Below are positions 1-9,632 of a DNA stretch of 64,000 nt, piece by piece; within the stretch, counting starts at the first letter, position 1; every line of letters starts with the position of its first letter. The notes beneath the pieces are model-generated. The model did not search any database, had not been told where the DNA came from, and saw only the letters and a program-made list of their open reading frames with translations. The translations under genes were made by a program, and so were the position numbers. Source of the stretch: Planctomycetia bacterium (lineage in GTDB: Bacteria; Planctomycetota; Planctomycetia; Pirellulales; UBA1268). The DNA is taken from positions 2,972 to 66,971 of the forward strand of contig JAPLNQ010000266.1 of the NCBI GenBank assembly GCA_026401075.1, written 5' to 3'.

Positions 1-789
1 TGCCATCCAGCAGACATTGCCGACCAGCAGAGAGAGGTCCCGTCCAGAAAGTTCTCCGCTCTGTCCGATCCAGTGGCAGGCAGCCGCCGCAGCCCAGGCC
101 GACAGGCACAGCGACAGCCAGACGCCCGCTGCCGCCCGCTCATGCAGCGGCAGCACGGCCCAGAGACCGACTGCACCATAAGTCAGCCCTGCCAGCAGCA
201 CCCACCAGCCCATGCCGTTCGGGCCGAGCGCGATGCCCGTGGCGTCGGAGAGGAATGCGGAGAATAGCCCCCCCAGTGGCACCTGTCCCGCGCAGGCAGT
301 GGCCGTGAAGAGTCCGGCGAGCCAGCCCCAGGCCCGGTAGCGGCCCCCGTAGTCGTCCCGTCGATGGCGACGCATCAGCCGCACGATGAGCGCCGTCGCG
401 GTGGCGCTGATCAGGCTGATCTGTGCCAGCCAGCCGCCCAACGACAGGAGCGAGTGCACGGCCAGACAGCGGCGGACTGACGCCAGCGTGGCCGCGAATC
501 GAGTGGCGTCGCGTCCAAAGACCGGCCCTCCGGCCACCGCTTCCCAGAGCCCCACGCCGACGGCTGCGGCGAGGAAGACGAGGAGGCCGGTCGCCGCCAG
601 CGCGAAGCCGCCCAGCCCCGCGGGCAGGAGCGTGGCCAGGCTCGGCTGATGCTCCGGCAGCGCCTCCGGCGCGTAGTCGGCCAGGCGGCGGGGCTCGGGC
701 TGGGAAGTCGAGGGTGTGGACGCAGAGCGGTTCCACGAGACGACCAGCCGACGACGTTGGTCTCGGCGCTGGCTAGCAGCGAGCGACAT
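1..789 (-). CDS. multi-pass membrane protein of unknown function (3' end lies beyond the left window edge)
   Basis: Own translation of the minus strand. ATG at 789-787 and the frame stays open to position 1 (263 codons), so it is absent from the supplied ORF track. The product [14 protein letters not shown]...[32 protein letters not shown]... shows about five hydrophobic helices and GC-rich third positions. Divergent from sodA. Confidence 0.45.
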   Translation of the reverse strand, partial: MSLAASQRRDQRRRLVVSWNRSASTPSTSQPEPRRLADYAPEALPEHQPSLATLLPAGLGGFALAATGLLVFLAAAVGVGLWEAVAGGPVFGRDATRFAATLASVRRCLAVHSLLSLGGWLAQISLISATATALIVRLMRRHRRDDYGGRYRAWGWLAGLFTATACAGQVPLGGLFSAFLSDATGIALGPNGMGWWVLLAGLTYGAVGLWAVLPLHERAAAGVWLSLCLSAWAAAAACHWIGQSGELSGRDLSLLVGNVCWMA

Positions 790-1043
790 GGTGGCAGATT
801 CCATCCAAGAGGCCGCGGGGCAGGACCCCGCGCGGTCCGCGGCCGGCATCCTGCCGCACCTCGGTCGAACCGCTGCAGGGCAATTCGACCGATCGTGGCA
901 GGCGGATTCACTGCCGGGGTCTCAGGCAGGTTATGACGCACGGCCGTCAGGTTCGACAGAGTCGGCACCAGCCCATTTGCCGGGCTCGCCGCTCTGCGGT
1001 ACGATCCCGCGTGAACCATACGAAAACCAGGAGATTCCTCGCC

Positions 1044-1658
1044 ATGGCCTACACGCTGCCCGCCCTGCCCTACGCCTTCGACGCCCTCGAGCCCTCCATC
1101 GACGCTCGCACAATGGAGATCCACCACGACAAGCACCATGCTGCCTACGTGACGAACCTCAACAAGGCCCTCGAGGGGCATGCCGAACTGGCGGCCCTGC
1201 CGATCGAGAAGCTGATCGCCAGCCTCGACAAAGTTCCCGAGGCGGTGCGCACCGTCGTCCGCAACAACGGTGGCGGCCATGCCAACCACTCGATGTTTTG
1301 GGAGACAATCGGCAAGGGCAAGGGCGGCGAGCCCGCCGGCCACCTGGCCGAGGCTGTCAGGAGCGTGTTCGGTGGATTCGACACCTTCAAGGAGACCTTC
1401 ACGAAGGCCGCCATGGGCAGGTTTGGCAGCGGCTGGGCCTGGCTTTCCGCCGATCCGCAGGGCAAGCTGCTCGTCGAGAGCACGGCCAATCAGGACAGCC
1501 CCATCATGCAGGGCAACACGCCGCTGCTGGGCATCGATGTCTGGGAGCATGCCTACTACCTGCTCTACCAGAATCGTCGGGCCGATTACGTGAATGCTTT
1601 TTACAACGTGATCGACTGGGACGCCGTCGGCAAGCGGTTTTCAGCCATCAAGAAGTAG
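1044..1658 (+). CDS. sodA: superoxide dismutase, Mn type (Fe/Mn SOD family)
   Basis: Part of ORF 933..1658. Internal ATG at 1044 follows AGGAGA (1029-1034). The N-terminus [26 protein letters not shown] and DVWEHAYYL are classic Fe/Mn-SOD motifs. [10 protein letters not shown] closely matches E. coli SodA (STANQDSP), pointing to the Mn type. Confidence 0.93.
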   Translation: MAYTLPALPYAFDALEPSIDARTMEIHHDKHHAAYVTNLNKALEGHAELAALPIEKLIASLDKVPEAVRTVVRNNGGGHANHSMFWETIGKGKGGEPAGHLAEAVRSVFGGFDTFKETFTKAAMGRFGSGWAWLSADPQGKLLVESTANQDSPIMQGNTPLLGIDVWEHAYYLLYQNRRADYVNAFYNVIDWDAVGKRFSAIKK

Positions 1659-1853
1659 GACCGCCGCGTGGCTGTTCGGCCCGTGTACCCCCTATCTTTC
1701 CTGGACGTTTTCGCCTCAAGGGCGATGGGGATGATGGGGGGCATGGGCTGTTGTCGTTGTGCTGCCGTTGACTTTTCTTCGCGCGAATCCTTATTTCCTC
1801 CCCAGCCGGCGAACCGATACTTTCGGCAACGTTTCACGGCTGGAGGAATTTGC

Positions 1854-2972
1854 ATGACTGCGCAGAAGAAACACGCCAACACACACACCCTCATGCACGC
1901 CAGTGCGCCGGGCCGCAGGCCGAGCACGGCCACGCGAGCGCTGTTCGCCGCTGCGGTGATGGGATGCGTCGTGCCGGCCGTGGGCTGTAAAACCGGCACC
2001 TCGTTTACCAAGCCTTCATGGTGGACCTTCGGCGGAACGCCGAAGGCCGAAGCCGATGCACTCGCCTCGGCGCCCCCGTATGGCGGCGAGATCAAGAAGC
2101 CATCGGAGTCGGCCAAGCAATACCCGACCACGTCGACGCCGAGTGGGTATGTGATCACCGGCACGGCCAGCCCGACTGATGCGGTCGTGCAGCAGTTTCA
2201 GGCCGCCCAGCCGCAGACTCCGGTTGTGTACGGAAGTACGCCGCCACCGCAGCCGACATCAGCCGTCGCCGTCGCGGCAATGCCCGCCACGCAGCAGACC
2301 GCACCTGCCTCGATCGCACCGCAGGTGGGCCCCTATGCTCCCCTGGCCGGCGATGCCATCCCGCCGCCCGGTCAGCCCCTGCCGCCGATCTCTCCGTCGA
2401 CGATGCCCAGCATGGCGAGCACGCCGGGCATGCCCTCGACTCCGTCGGAAGCCGCGCTGCCGAACACGGCCTACTCGAACTTCTCGGCACAGCCGGCCAG
2501 TTCTTTCAGCGCCGCACCTCCCGCACCCCGCATGGCCGATGCCCGCGCCGCCGATCCCGCTGCCGCCATTCCGGCCGCGGCGCTTCCGGCCGAGGCAGCT
2601 GCCTATGGCGGGTCTCGTTACTCAGGGGCCTCCGGAAGCCGGTTTGGCGGCGCCGAGTCTGCCTCGTTCTCGCCGCCGGCCGCAGCTCCACCGGCGTCTT
2701 ACTCGAGCCCTCCTGAAACAGGATTTCCCCCGCCTGCCGCCGCCTCGCCGTTCGCAGCTCCACCGGCGTCGTTGCCGCCGGCAGCTCCTGCAGCGCCGGG
2801 GCTGCTCCAGCCATCGGCCCAGCCGGTGCGGCGGCCCGACCCCTCCTACCGCCCGGGCGGCACGTCGAGCTACCGTCCCAGCCGCACGATCCTCGCGGAT
2901 GACGCGGCTCCGTCGCCGGCGACCGTGCGTCCCGCTTCCTACGAGGAGCCGGCGGTCACGATCCAGCAGTGA
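1854..2972 (+). CDS. Pro/Ala-rich putative lipoprotein, function unknown
   Basis: Part of ORF 1668..2972. Internal ATG at 1854 gives MTAQKKHANTH...ALFAAAVMGCVVPAVGC, a signal peptide with a lipobox-like Cys. The remainder is P/A/S-rich low complexity. The start is uncertain. Confidence 0.5.
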   Translation: MTAQKKHANTHTLMHASAPGRRPSTATRALFAAAVMGCVVPAVGCKTGTSFTKPSWWTFGGTPKAEADALASAPPYGGEIKKPSESAKQYPTTSTPSGYVITGTASPTDAVVQQFQAAQPQTPVVYGSTPPPQPTSAVAVAAMPATQQTAPASIAPQVGPYAPLAGDAIPPPGQPLPPISPSTMPSMASTPGMPSTPSEAALPNTAYSNFSAQPASSFSAAPPAPRMADARAADPAAAIPAAALPAEAAAYGGSRYSGASGSRFGGAESASFSPPAAAPPASYSSPPETGFPPPAAASPFAAPPASLPPAAPAAPGLLQPSAQPVRRPDPSYRPGGTSSYRPSRTILADDAAPSPATVRPASYEEPAVTIQQ

Positions 2973-3044
2973 GAAGCCGGTTGTGGTAGAAGTCCACGCA
3001 TGGACTCGTACCCGTCGTGCAGCCGCCTCTGCCTGACCTGCCGC

Positions 3045-4256
3045 ATGACCTGCCATGCGTTGGCGGTGCTGTTTCTGGCCACGGCGTGTCAGCCTGAAGT
3101 CGGCCATGCTGCCGGTGTGGAACCGGCGGTGGCGTTTCAGGGGATGATCTCCCTGCCGAACCACGCCAATGATGCCGATGGGAACTCGGTCGAGATCACA
3201 GGCTTGAGCGGCGTCGCCTGGCTGGGCGACGACGAATACGTCGCCGTGATGGACAACAGCCAGCACATGCTGCTGTTTCGGCTGTCGCTCACGCAGACGG
3301 GGAAGCCCACCGCCGTCGAATCGCTCCGCATCGTGACGCTTTCGCAGCGGCACGACTACGAAGACGTGGTGCCCTGCCCCGGAGCGGTTGTTCAGGCCAT
3401 GCAGCGGGATCGCGGACGGACGGCCGTTGAACGCGGCAAAGACAGTGAACCGTGTGTGCTGGTCTGCGAAGAGGATACGCCGGCCGTGCGGGTATTTTCA
3501 CTCGCGGATGGCAGCATGATGGGGACGGTGCCCCTGCCGGAGAACCTGCTGACGAGGCGTCCCAATCGCGGGCCGGAGTCATTGGCGATCGAACCTGACG
3601 GACGCTCCCTCTGGACGGCCAACGAGGAGGCCCTGGCCAACGACGGCCCGCCCGCGACGGTTGGCGGTGGCACGGTGGTGCGGCTGACGAGACTGTCGCT
3701 GGCCGCCGACGAACAGCCATTGCCCTTCGATCGACTGCGGTCCCGCCGCGAAGCCCCGGCGACCACCGCCTTCCAGGCGGCCTACAGCGTCGAGCCCCCG
3801 CACGCGTTCGTTCGTGTGTTCTCAGGGCAGCCACTCTCAGGGGTCGCGGCGCTCGTGGCATTGGGCCGCGGCAGGCTGCTGGTGCTGGAACGCAGCGGCG
3901 GGCCAGGCCTGCCGCCGTTTGCCAGCCGCATCTATCTCGTCGATACCAAGGCCGCGGTCGATGTCTCGGCGGTGGAACGCGATCTGGCCGCCCGCAAGGA
4001 GGCGATCGTCGAGAAGCGGCTGCTGTGGTCAGACTCGCTAGGCGTCAATCTGGAGGGCATGTGCCTGGGACCGATGCTGGCGGACGGCAACCGTGCGCTG
4101 GTGGCGATTGCCGACAACGGCGGGCTCGGCACGCCGAATCAGCTCGTCGGGCTGTCGCTCGTCACCCCGGCTCCGGCCGCCAAGCCTGGGGTGCTGGGGG
4201 CGGTGGCGGCCATCGTCGCGATCGCGGTCGTGGTGGGCAGGCTCAGCAACCCCTGA
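3045..4256 (+). CDS. secreted lipoprotein, phytase-like esterase (beta-propeller) family, with C-terminal hydrophobic anchor
   Basis: Part of ORF 3000..4256. ATG at 3045 gives MTCHALAVLFLATAC (lipobox). The pattern GLSGVAWLGDDEYVAVMDN, ESLAIEPDGRSLWTANEEAL and GVNLEGMCLGP...ALVAIADNGG recalls the esterase-like-activity-of-phytase family, recognised from memory and not searched. The tail PGVLGAVAAIVAIAVVVGRLSNP is a transmembrane anchor. Confidence 0.55.
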   Translation: MTCHALAVLFLATACQPEVGHAAGVEPAVAFQGMISLPNHANDADGNSVEITGLSGVAWLGDDEYVAVMDNSQHMLLFRLSLTQTGKPTAVESLRIVTLSQRHDYEDVVPCPGAVVQAMQRDRGRTAVERGKDSEPCVLVCEEDTPAVRVFSLADGSMMGTVPLPENLLTRRPNRGPESLAIEPDGRSLWTANEEALANDGPPATVGGGTVVRLTRLSLAADEQPLPFDRLRSRREAPATTAFQAAYSVEPPHAFVRVFSGQPLSGVAALVALGRGRLLVLERSGGPGLPPFASRIYLVDTKAAVDVSAVERDLAARKEAIVEKRLLWSDSLGVNLEGMCLGPMLADGNRALVAIADNGGLGTPNQLVGLSLVTPAPAAKPGVLGAVAAIVAIAVVVGRLSNP

Positions 4257-4282
4257 ACTCACCAACCCTCTTACCAACCCTC

Positions 4283-4621
4283 CTACCAACCCATGACCAT
4301 GTTGGACTCGATCACCCGGCGGGCCCGATCGAGATCGTCGCCCGTTTCGTGCATGTAGAGCCGGATGGCATGCAGCTTGTCGCCCTGTGCCTTGGAAAGG
4401 CATTCGCGGGCCGTGTTGCAGGGGTCGACGCGGGAGTCGGTGAGGCCCGTGCTCAGTCCGAGTGCTGATTTTGAGATCACCCAGGTATCCCTGGGCCGCC
4501 GGGTGAGACGGACGATCCGTTCCCCGGGGTAGGCGTCCTCGACAACGGCCGCCGCCGCCTGCTCGTCGGCTGCCCAGGAGATGATGATGTGGGCGACGGT
4601 TTCGATCTCGAAGAGTGGCAT
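4283..4621 (-). CDS. small hypothetical protein (112 aa)
   Basis: ATG at 4621 and TAG at 4285-4283. Compositionally consistent with neighbouring genes. The C-terminal segment KLHAIRLYMHETGDDLDRARRVIES loosely resembles the L7/L12 C-terminal helix pattern. No function is assignable. Confidence 0.45.
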   Translation of the reverse strand: MPLFEIETVAHIIISWAADEQAAAAVVEDAYPGERIVRLTRRPRDTWVISKSALGLSTGLTDSRVDPCNTARECLSKAQGDKLHAIRLYMHETGDDLDRARRVIESNMVMGW

Positions 4622-4710
4622 TGGGGAGGTTCCGGTGGAGGGCTGGACGTTCCGGCAGGCATCCGGTTCTGAAGACGTTACGTCAGGCCAAGCAGGCCAG
4701 TCAATTGTTC

Positions 4711-5757
4711 ATGCCGGCAGGTCTGGTTACGATTGATTGGACCACGGCCCCTACGAGGTTTGACGAGATGCGGTACGACCGGCATGGTTTTCCGATTCCC
4801 GTGGAGTTCGAACGGCCCACGGCGGCCCAAGATGCGACCGATTTCGGCCGCGTCGGTCCCCGGCTGGCATCTCTGGAGCAGGACGATGACGCTCAGCCTG
4901 GGCGTGCTGCCACGGTGCCCGTCGGCCGTCAGAGGCCGGGAGCCTGGAAACGATGGCTGCTGCTCGCCGCCATTCTCGGGGGCGTAGTACCGGCAATCGT
5001 GATTCCGCAGGTGCTGCCTGTCGTCAGAGAGGTGGTCGTGCAGTGGTCGCTCAAGCGGGCAGCCGAGTGCGAGGCCCGGAGCGACATCGCTGGAGCCGTG
5101 GCCGACGTGAGCCGCGCCGTCCGCTGGCTGGGTGACGATGCCGATCTGCTCTGCATGCGGGCCATGCTCAGGCTCGAGAAACGCGATGCCCCTGGCTGCC
5201 TCGAGGATGCGGTGCGGGCCAGTGGGATCGCGCCCACGGCCGTCCAGCCGTGGCGGGTACGGGCGCTGGTCAACGTCGTGCTTGACGACGCCGATGCAGC
5301 CCTCGCCGCCGCCGACATGGTGGTGAGCCTGTCGGCTCCCGGCGATCCCGACGCCCTCAACCACCGGGCCTACATTCGCGGACTGGCGGGCCGCGATCTG
5401 CAGGCTGCCATCGTGGATATCGATCGGGCGATCGGTGCCACCGAGGAAGCGTCACCCGAGATGCTCGACACCCGGGGCTTCCTGCTGCACCTGGTGGGCC
5501 GCCACCGCGAGGCGGTGGACCAGCTCAATCTCGCCATCACGGGCATGCAGCAGAATCGGCGCAAGCTCGGCCTGCTGGCGGGGCGGGTCGATCCGGCGCA
5601 CCTGGCCTGTCGCGTGCGGGGGCTCGAGCACGGCATGGCGGTGATGCTCCATCATCGGGCCCTGGCCTGCCGGGAGGTGGGGCTCGAGGAGCAGGCCAAG
5701 CAGGACTTCGAACTGGCGGACCGCAAGGGCTTCGACCCCACCCGCGGCATTTTCTGA
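4711..5757 (+). CDS. membrane-anchored TPR-repeat protein
   Basis: Part of ORF 4615..5757. The ORF-track start overlaps the divergent gene, so ATG at 4711 is preferred but uncertain. One transmembrane helix (WKRWLLLAAILGGVVPAIVIPQVL) is followed by several TPR-like 34-residue units such as ALNHRAYIRGLAGRDLQAAIVDIDRAI and LDTRGFLLHLVGRHREAVDQLNLAI. Confidence 0.55.
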   Translation: MPAGLVTIDWTTAPTRFDEMRYDRHGFPIPVEFERPTAAQDATDFGRVGPRLASLEQDDDAQPGRAATVPVGRQRPGAWKRWLLLAAILGGVVPAIVIPQVLPVVREVVVQWSLKRAAECEARSDIAGAVADVSRAVRWLGDDADLLCMRAMLRLEKRDAPGCLEDAVRASGIAPTAVQPWRVRALVNVVLDDADAALAAADMVVSLSAPGDPDALNHRAYIRGLAGRDLQAAIVDIDRAIGATEEASPEMLDTRGFLLHLVGRHREAVDQLNLAITGMQQNRRKLGLLAGRVDPAHLACRVRGLEHGMAVMLHHRALACREVGLEEQAKQDFELADRKGFDPTRGIF

Positions 5758-5855
5758 CGCAAAACGGCCTCTGTTGAAGTGGCGGGAAAACCGATACACT
5801 AGGGGCTTACGGCGAAGGCCCGTTGTGACTCGTGGCATGTCCACCAGTTGCGCAC

Positions 5856-5929
5856 GGGGGTGTAGCTCAGTTGGTTAGAGCGCCAGCCTGTCACGTTGGA
5901 GGCCGCGGGTTCGAGTCCCGTCACCCTCG
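5856..5929 (+). tRNA. tRNA-Asp (anticodon GTC)
   Basis: Hand-folded cloverleaf. Acceptor GGGGGTG/CACCCTC. D arm GCTC-AGTTGGTTA-GAGC. Anticodon stem CCAGC/GTTGG with loop CTGTCAC, giving anticodon GTC. T arm GCGGG-TTCGAGT-CCCGT. Discriminator G, and no encoded CCA. Confidence 0.93.
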
Positions 5930-6143
5930 CTGTTTTCTCTCGCGAACGCCCCTGGCACGAACGCACGAACGATCGTTCACCATCCCAGCCCCTTCCATAC
6001 GGGGAGGGCCCTCCCGGGGAATGCGGTCGACACGCCATTGGCGGCCGAATTTTGCAATCGGCCAAGCCTGCAATTATCCTCGCACCCGGCAGAAGGCCCG
6101 CTGAATTCCCTCGCGGGCACCATGGATCAGGAGACAGCGTCTG

Positions 6144-7274
6144 ATGAATACCCTTGGTGCAGAGGCTCCCGGACAGGACGTGGCGTCGAAAGTGATCTCG
6201 GTTGCGGCCGCAGGCGGCCATGCGAGTGATCTGGCCACCCCGGAGCACATTGCGCAACTGACGCAGCAGCTCTCGACCCTCCTCAATGAAACGGTCGAGC
6301 ATATCGCCGGCCTCAATCGCGAAGCCCGCATTCTCGCACTGAACGCCGAAATTGAATCGGCGCGGGCTGGTGACGCGGGCGTGGCGTTCGGCGTGGTCGC
6401 CAAGGCGATGTCGCAGCTCTCTGAGAAAACCGGCGACTCCGCCAAGGAGCTGGCCCGCGGATCGCGGGGCTTGATCCGCGAAATGCAGCAGGTGACGGAT
6501 GTGCTGCAGACGAAGATGCGAGGGGAACGGCTCTCCGATCTGGCGCTGACGAACATCGATCTCGTCGACCGCAACCTCTATGAGCGGTCCTGCGACGTTC
6601 GCTGGTGGGCCACCGATGGCAGCGTCGTCGCCGCGCTGGCATCGCCGACCGAGGAAAACCGCCGCTTCGCCAGTCAGCGGCTGGGTGTGATCCTCAACGC
6701 CTACACGGTCTACTTTGATCTGGTGCTCTGTGATCTCACGGGCAAGGTCGTGGCCAATGGTCGGCCCGCGCAGCATGCGGTCACCGGCATGATGCAGGAT
6801 CAGGCCCCCTGGTTTCAGGCCGCCATGAAAACGCGGAGTGGCGATGAGTTCGGTTTCCAGGCCGTGCATCGTTCACCGCTCGTCAATCATCAGCGGTCGC
6901 TGGTCTATTCCTGCGGTGTGCGGGCCGGGGGCGAATCGCAAGGGGCACTGCTCGGGGTGCTCGGCATCGTGTTCAACTGGGATGCCCTCGGCCAGGCCAT
7001 CCTCGACCGCATGCCGCTGTCGGCCCACGAAAAGCAGCGGGCCATCGCCTGTTTTGTCGATGCTGAAGGCAATGTCTTGGCCGATTTTCCGGCGGGATCA
7101 TTGCGTGACACGTTCGACAACTCACTGTTCCATGGCCTCCGCCAGGGGCAAAAGGGATACGGCGTGCATCACTTCGGCGGCCGTGAGTATTGCGCCGGGT
7201 TCGCCATGTCGCCGGGGTTCGAAACCTACTCCACGGGCTGGTCGTCGCTGGTGATGGTGTCCCGCGATCTCTGA
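6144..7274 (+). CDS. soluble chemoreceptor-like protein: short N-terminal MCP signalling-tip segment plus C-terminal Cache/PDC-like sensor region
   Basis: ORF 6144..7274 starts at ATG. ARILALNAEIESARAGDAGVAFGVVAKAMSQLSEKT matches the MCP hairpin-tip consensus ([28 protein letters not shown]). No transmembrane helix is present. The C-terminal 240 aa (DRNLYERSCDVRWWATD...) look like a ligand-binding alpha/beta sensor domain. Confidence 0.7.
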   Translation: MNTLGAEAPGQDVASKVISVAAAGGHASDLATPEHIAQLTQQLSTLLNETVEHIAGLNREARILALNAEIESARAGDAGVAFGVVAKAMSQLSEKTGDSAKELARGSRGLIREMQQVTDVLQTKMRGERLSDLALTNIDLVDRNLYERSCDVRWWATDGSVVAALASPTEENRRFASQRLGVILNAYTVYFDLVLCDLTGKVVANGRPAQHAVTGMMQDQAPWFQAAMKTRSGDEFGFQAVHRSPLVNHQRSLVYSCGVRAGGESQGALLGVLGIVFNWDALGQAILDRMPLSAHEKQRAIACFVDAEGNVLADFPAGSLRDTFDNSLFHGLRQGQKGYGVHHFGGREYCAGFAMSPGFETYSTGWSSLVMVSRDL

Positions 7275-7297
7275 TCGCCTTGATCCGCCACGGGCTG

Positions 7298-8596
7298 TCA
7301 GGCTGGCGGGGCCGCGGCGTTTCGAAGCTGTTCACGGGCTTCGTGAAACCGCTCGTTGGGTGTCAGGCCAGCCGGGTCGGCGCTGAATTCGGGCCGCAGT
7401 CGCTCCAGAAAATACATCTCGACGGCGGTGCGGTTCTTCACGGCAACGCTGCCCCGCGGCGTGCATTCGAAGAACGGCTCGACCAGTTGGTGGGTGGTGG
7501 CGGAAATATTGATTCGTCCGGGCTCGCCGCCGCTCTCCATGCGGCTGGCCGTGTTGACGGTGTCGCCCCAGAGATCGTAGGTGAACCGTTGTTCGCCAAT
7601 CACGCCGGCCACGAGCGGCCCGGTGTGGAGACCGATCCTGATCGCAAAGGTCGGCGCACCGGTTCCCTCCCACTCCCTGGCCGCGTCCGTCACGCACTCG
7701 CGGATCGCCATCGCGAGCAGCGCGGCGTCGAGGGGGTGGGTGGCGTTCGCGGTGGGAACGCCACCGGCCGCCACGTAGGCGTCGCCGATCGTCTTGAGCT
7801 TTTCCATGTGGCACCGGGCCGTCAGCGCGTCGAACCGCCGGAAGTATTCTTCCAGGCCGTCGATCAGCTGCTGGGGAGCCATCGTCTCGGCCACCCGCGT
7901 GAAGCCGACGAAGTCGGTGAACAGGACCGTGACTGCGTCGAAGTGCCGCGGCTGGCTCTGCCCTGCATTGGCGAGTTCGTCGGCGATCTGTCGCGGAAAC
8001 ACGCGGTAGAGCAGTTCCTGGGTCTTCTGCAGGCTCGCCTTGACCAGCTCGCTGGCGGCGCTGAGTTGGGAGTGCATCTCCTCCAGTTTGGTGTTTTGGC
8101 GGAGGATGTTCTCGTAGGTGGAAAGGAGCAGGTTCAGCAGTTGCCGCCGGCTCACATCGAGTTGCATGGTCTCGCCGGCGTATTCCAGCGGCAGCGGTTC
8201 GCCGGGCGTATCCGGAGCGGACAGGTGGCGGATCAGGTGTTCGATCCGGTCGACCACGTAAGGCGGATCGTAAGGCTTGGTGACATAGGCCGCAGCCCCT
8301 TCGCGCAGACCATCGAGAATGTCGGAGGTGGCGGCGAGCGCCGTCAGCATGAGCACCGGTATCTGCCGCAGGTCTGGATCAGCCTTGAGAGTCCGGCAGA
8401 GTTCGTGCCCGTCCATTTCGGGCATCTCGACGTCGGAGACCACGAGCACGGGCCGATGCTCGCGGATCAGGGCCAGGGCCTCGCTGCCGTTGGCCCCCCA
8501 GTGGACCAGATAACCGGCCGTTTCCAGGGCAGCCTTGAGGATCCGCCCCTGGAGGCGGCTGTCCTCGGCGATGACGATCGTGAGTGGTGCATTCAT
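7298..8596 (-). CDS. response-regulator receiver fused to a class III adenylate cyclase
   Basis: The REC domain shows IVIAEDSRLQ, VLVVSDVEMPEMDG, LMLTA and YVTKPYD. A coiled-coil linker follows. The cyclase domain shows metal-binding Asp residues in LFTDFVGFT and IGDAY. Lys in LKTIGDAY and Asp in TYDLWGDTVNTASRMES are the ATP-specifying pair. Confidence 0.9.
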   Translation of the reverse strand: MNAPLTIVIAEDSRLQGRILKAALETAGYLVHWGANGSEALALIREHRPVLVVSDVEMPEMDGHELCRTLKADPDLRQIPVLMLTALAATSDILDGLREGAAAYVTKPYDPPYVVDRIEHLIRHLSAPDTPGEPLPLEYAGETMQLDVSRRQLLNLLLSTYENILRQNTKLEEMHSQLSAASELVKASLQKTQELLYRVFPRQIADELANAGQSQPRHFDAVTVLFTDFVGFTRVAETMAPQQLIDGLEEYFRRFDALTARCHMEKLKTIGDAYVAAGGVPTANATHPLDAALLAMAIRECVTDAAREWEGTGAPTFAIRIGLHTGPLVAGVIGEQRFTYDLWGDTVNTASRMESGGEPGRINISATTHQLVEPFFECTPRGSVAVKNRTAVEMYFLERLRPEFSADPAGLTPNERFHEAREQLRNAAAPPA

Positions 8597-8664
8597 GGCC
8601 TACAGAATAGCCGGAACGCTGGATCCTGACGATCGGATTCCCTGGCAGTCATGGATATCCGCTG

Positions 8665-9111
8665 TCAGCCGTTCCCGGGCTGATGGGGCTCGCAGGCTGG
8701 GCCAGCAGCGGGGTTGTCGCGCACCACCGCGGCATACTTTCCAAACAGCGACAGCAGTCGCTCCTTGTCGAACGGCTTGACCACGAAATCGAGGGCCCCT
8801 AGGGCGAAGCATTCCCGAAGCTTTGCCCGTTGGTCCACGGCGCTGACCATCACCACGCGTGCGTTGGGGTCTGCGGCCCGAATTTCGCGGAGCGTCTCCA
8901 CTCCGTCGAGTTCCGGCATGACGATGTCGAGCGTAACGAGATCGGGCTGGTGTTCGGCGTAGCGTTCGAGCCCCTCCCGGCCGTTGGTGGCCTCGGCCAC
9001 GACCTCCCATCCGGCCTCGCGGGCGATCCCGGCGATCCGCATCCGCATGATGGTCGCATCATCAACGACCAGCAGCCGAGGGGCACGTGCCCCCACCAGG
9101 TTCGTATCCAT
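8665..9111 (-). CDS. cheY: CheY-like single-domain response regulator
   Basis: Part of ORF 8665..9354. ATG at 9111 gives MDTNLVGARAPRLLVVDDATIMR, then DLVTLDIVMPELDG, VVMVSA and DFVVKPF. It lies 17 nt downstream of cheD. Confidence 0.88.
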   Translation of the reverse strand: MDTNLVGARAPRLLVVDDATIMRMRIAGIAREAGWEVVAEATNGREGLERYAEHQPDLVTLDIVMPELDGVETLREIRAADPNARVVMVSAVDQRAKLRECFALGALDFVVKPFDKERLLSLFGKYAAVVRDNPAAGPACEPHQPGNG

Positions 9112-9128
9112 TGCAGTCTCCCTTCCCA

Positions 9129-9632
9129 TTACGCCAAGGTCTCCGTGCCGTGTCCGGCGGTCTCGACCGTCACCGCGCCGGTGACGACGTCGACGACCAA
9201 CCGCCGGCCATGCCGCCCGCCGCAGAGGCGGCCGGTGATCGGTATGCCGAGATCCAAGAGAATCTTTTCGAGCGCCAGCACGTTCTGCTCGCCGATCGGA
9301 ATGCCCGATTGGAATGCGAACATCGTCGCACCACCCACGAGTTTTGCGGTGCATGCGAGGGGCGTTTCCCCGACGGCTTCGCGGAGAAGTCGGAGCGTCT
9401 CGGTCACAGCCGTGTCGGCATATTTTCCGGGCGGTGAACCGCGGCCATTCGATGACGGCAGCATCACGTGCGCGAGGCCGGCGGCCTGTTGGCTGCGCGC
9501 GTGGAGCACGAGCCCCACGCAGGAGCCGACGAAGGTCCTGAGCACGCCACCGCCCTGGGCAATGCCAATCTGACCGATGGCGACGGAATCGCCAGGACGG
9601 CCTGTCGGCGTTGGAAGGTCAGCCGCAGTCAC
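9129..9632 (-). CDS. cheD: chemoreceptor glutamine deamidase CheD
   Basis: Part of ORF 9129..9953. GTG at 9632-9630 overlaps the TGA of the upstream cheC-like gene in a GTGA junction. Motifs are FVGSCVGLVLH, LAHVMLPSS and GGATMF...IGEQN. Confidence 0.85.
   Translation of the reverse strand: MTAADLPTPTGRPGDSVAIGQIGIAQGGGVLRTFVGSCVGLVLHARSQQAAGLAHVMLPSSNGRGSPPGKYADTAVTETLRLLREAVGETPLACTAKLVGGATMFAFQSGIPIGEQNVLALEKILLDLGIPITGRLCGGRHGRRLVVDVVTGAVTVETAGHGTETLA

Noticed and set aside
411-1550. 379-aa ORF antisense to sodA and the upstream region
   Set aside because: It is Arg/Pro/Ala-rich low-complexity translation opposite a clearly real gene. This is a typical shadow ORF of a GC-rich genome.
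4170-4256. PEP-CTERM sorting signal on the esterase-family protein
   Set aside because: The tail has a transmembrane helix and a basic residue but no Pro-Glu-Pro motif (it reads TPAPAAKP), and no exosortase is in the window.
5967-5978. GAACGATCGTTC palindrome (Cheo-box-like GAAC-N4-GTTC) downstream of tRNA-Asp
   Set aside because: About one such match is expected by chance in 64 kb. It is not next to any SOS gene, and the imuA promoter lacks the motif.
5856-6143. tRNA-Asp as an integration hotspot for a genomic island
   Set aside because: There is no integrase, no direct repeat of the tRNA 3' end and no compositional shift downstream.
5799-6869. 356-aa minus-strand ORF
   Set aside because: It overlaps the tRNA-Asp gene and is antisense to the chemoreceptor-like gene. 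It has no motifs and is a shadow ORF.
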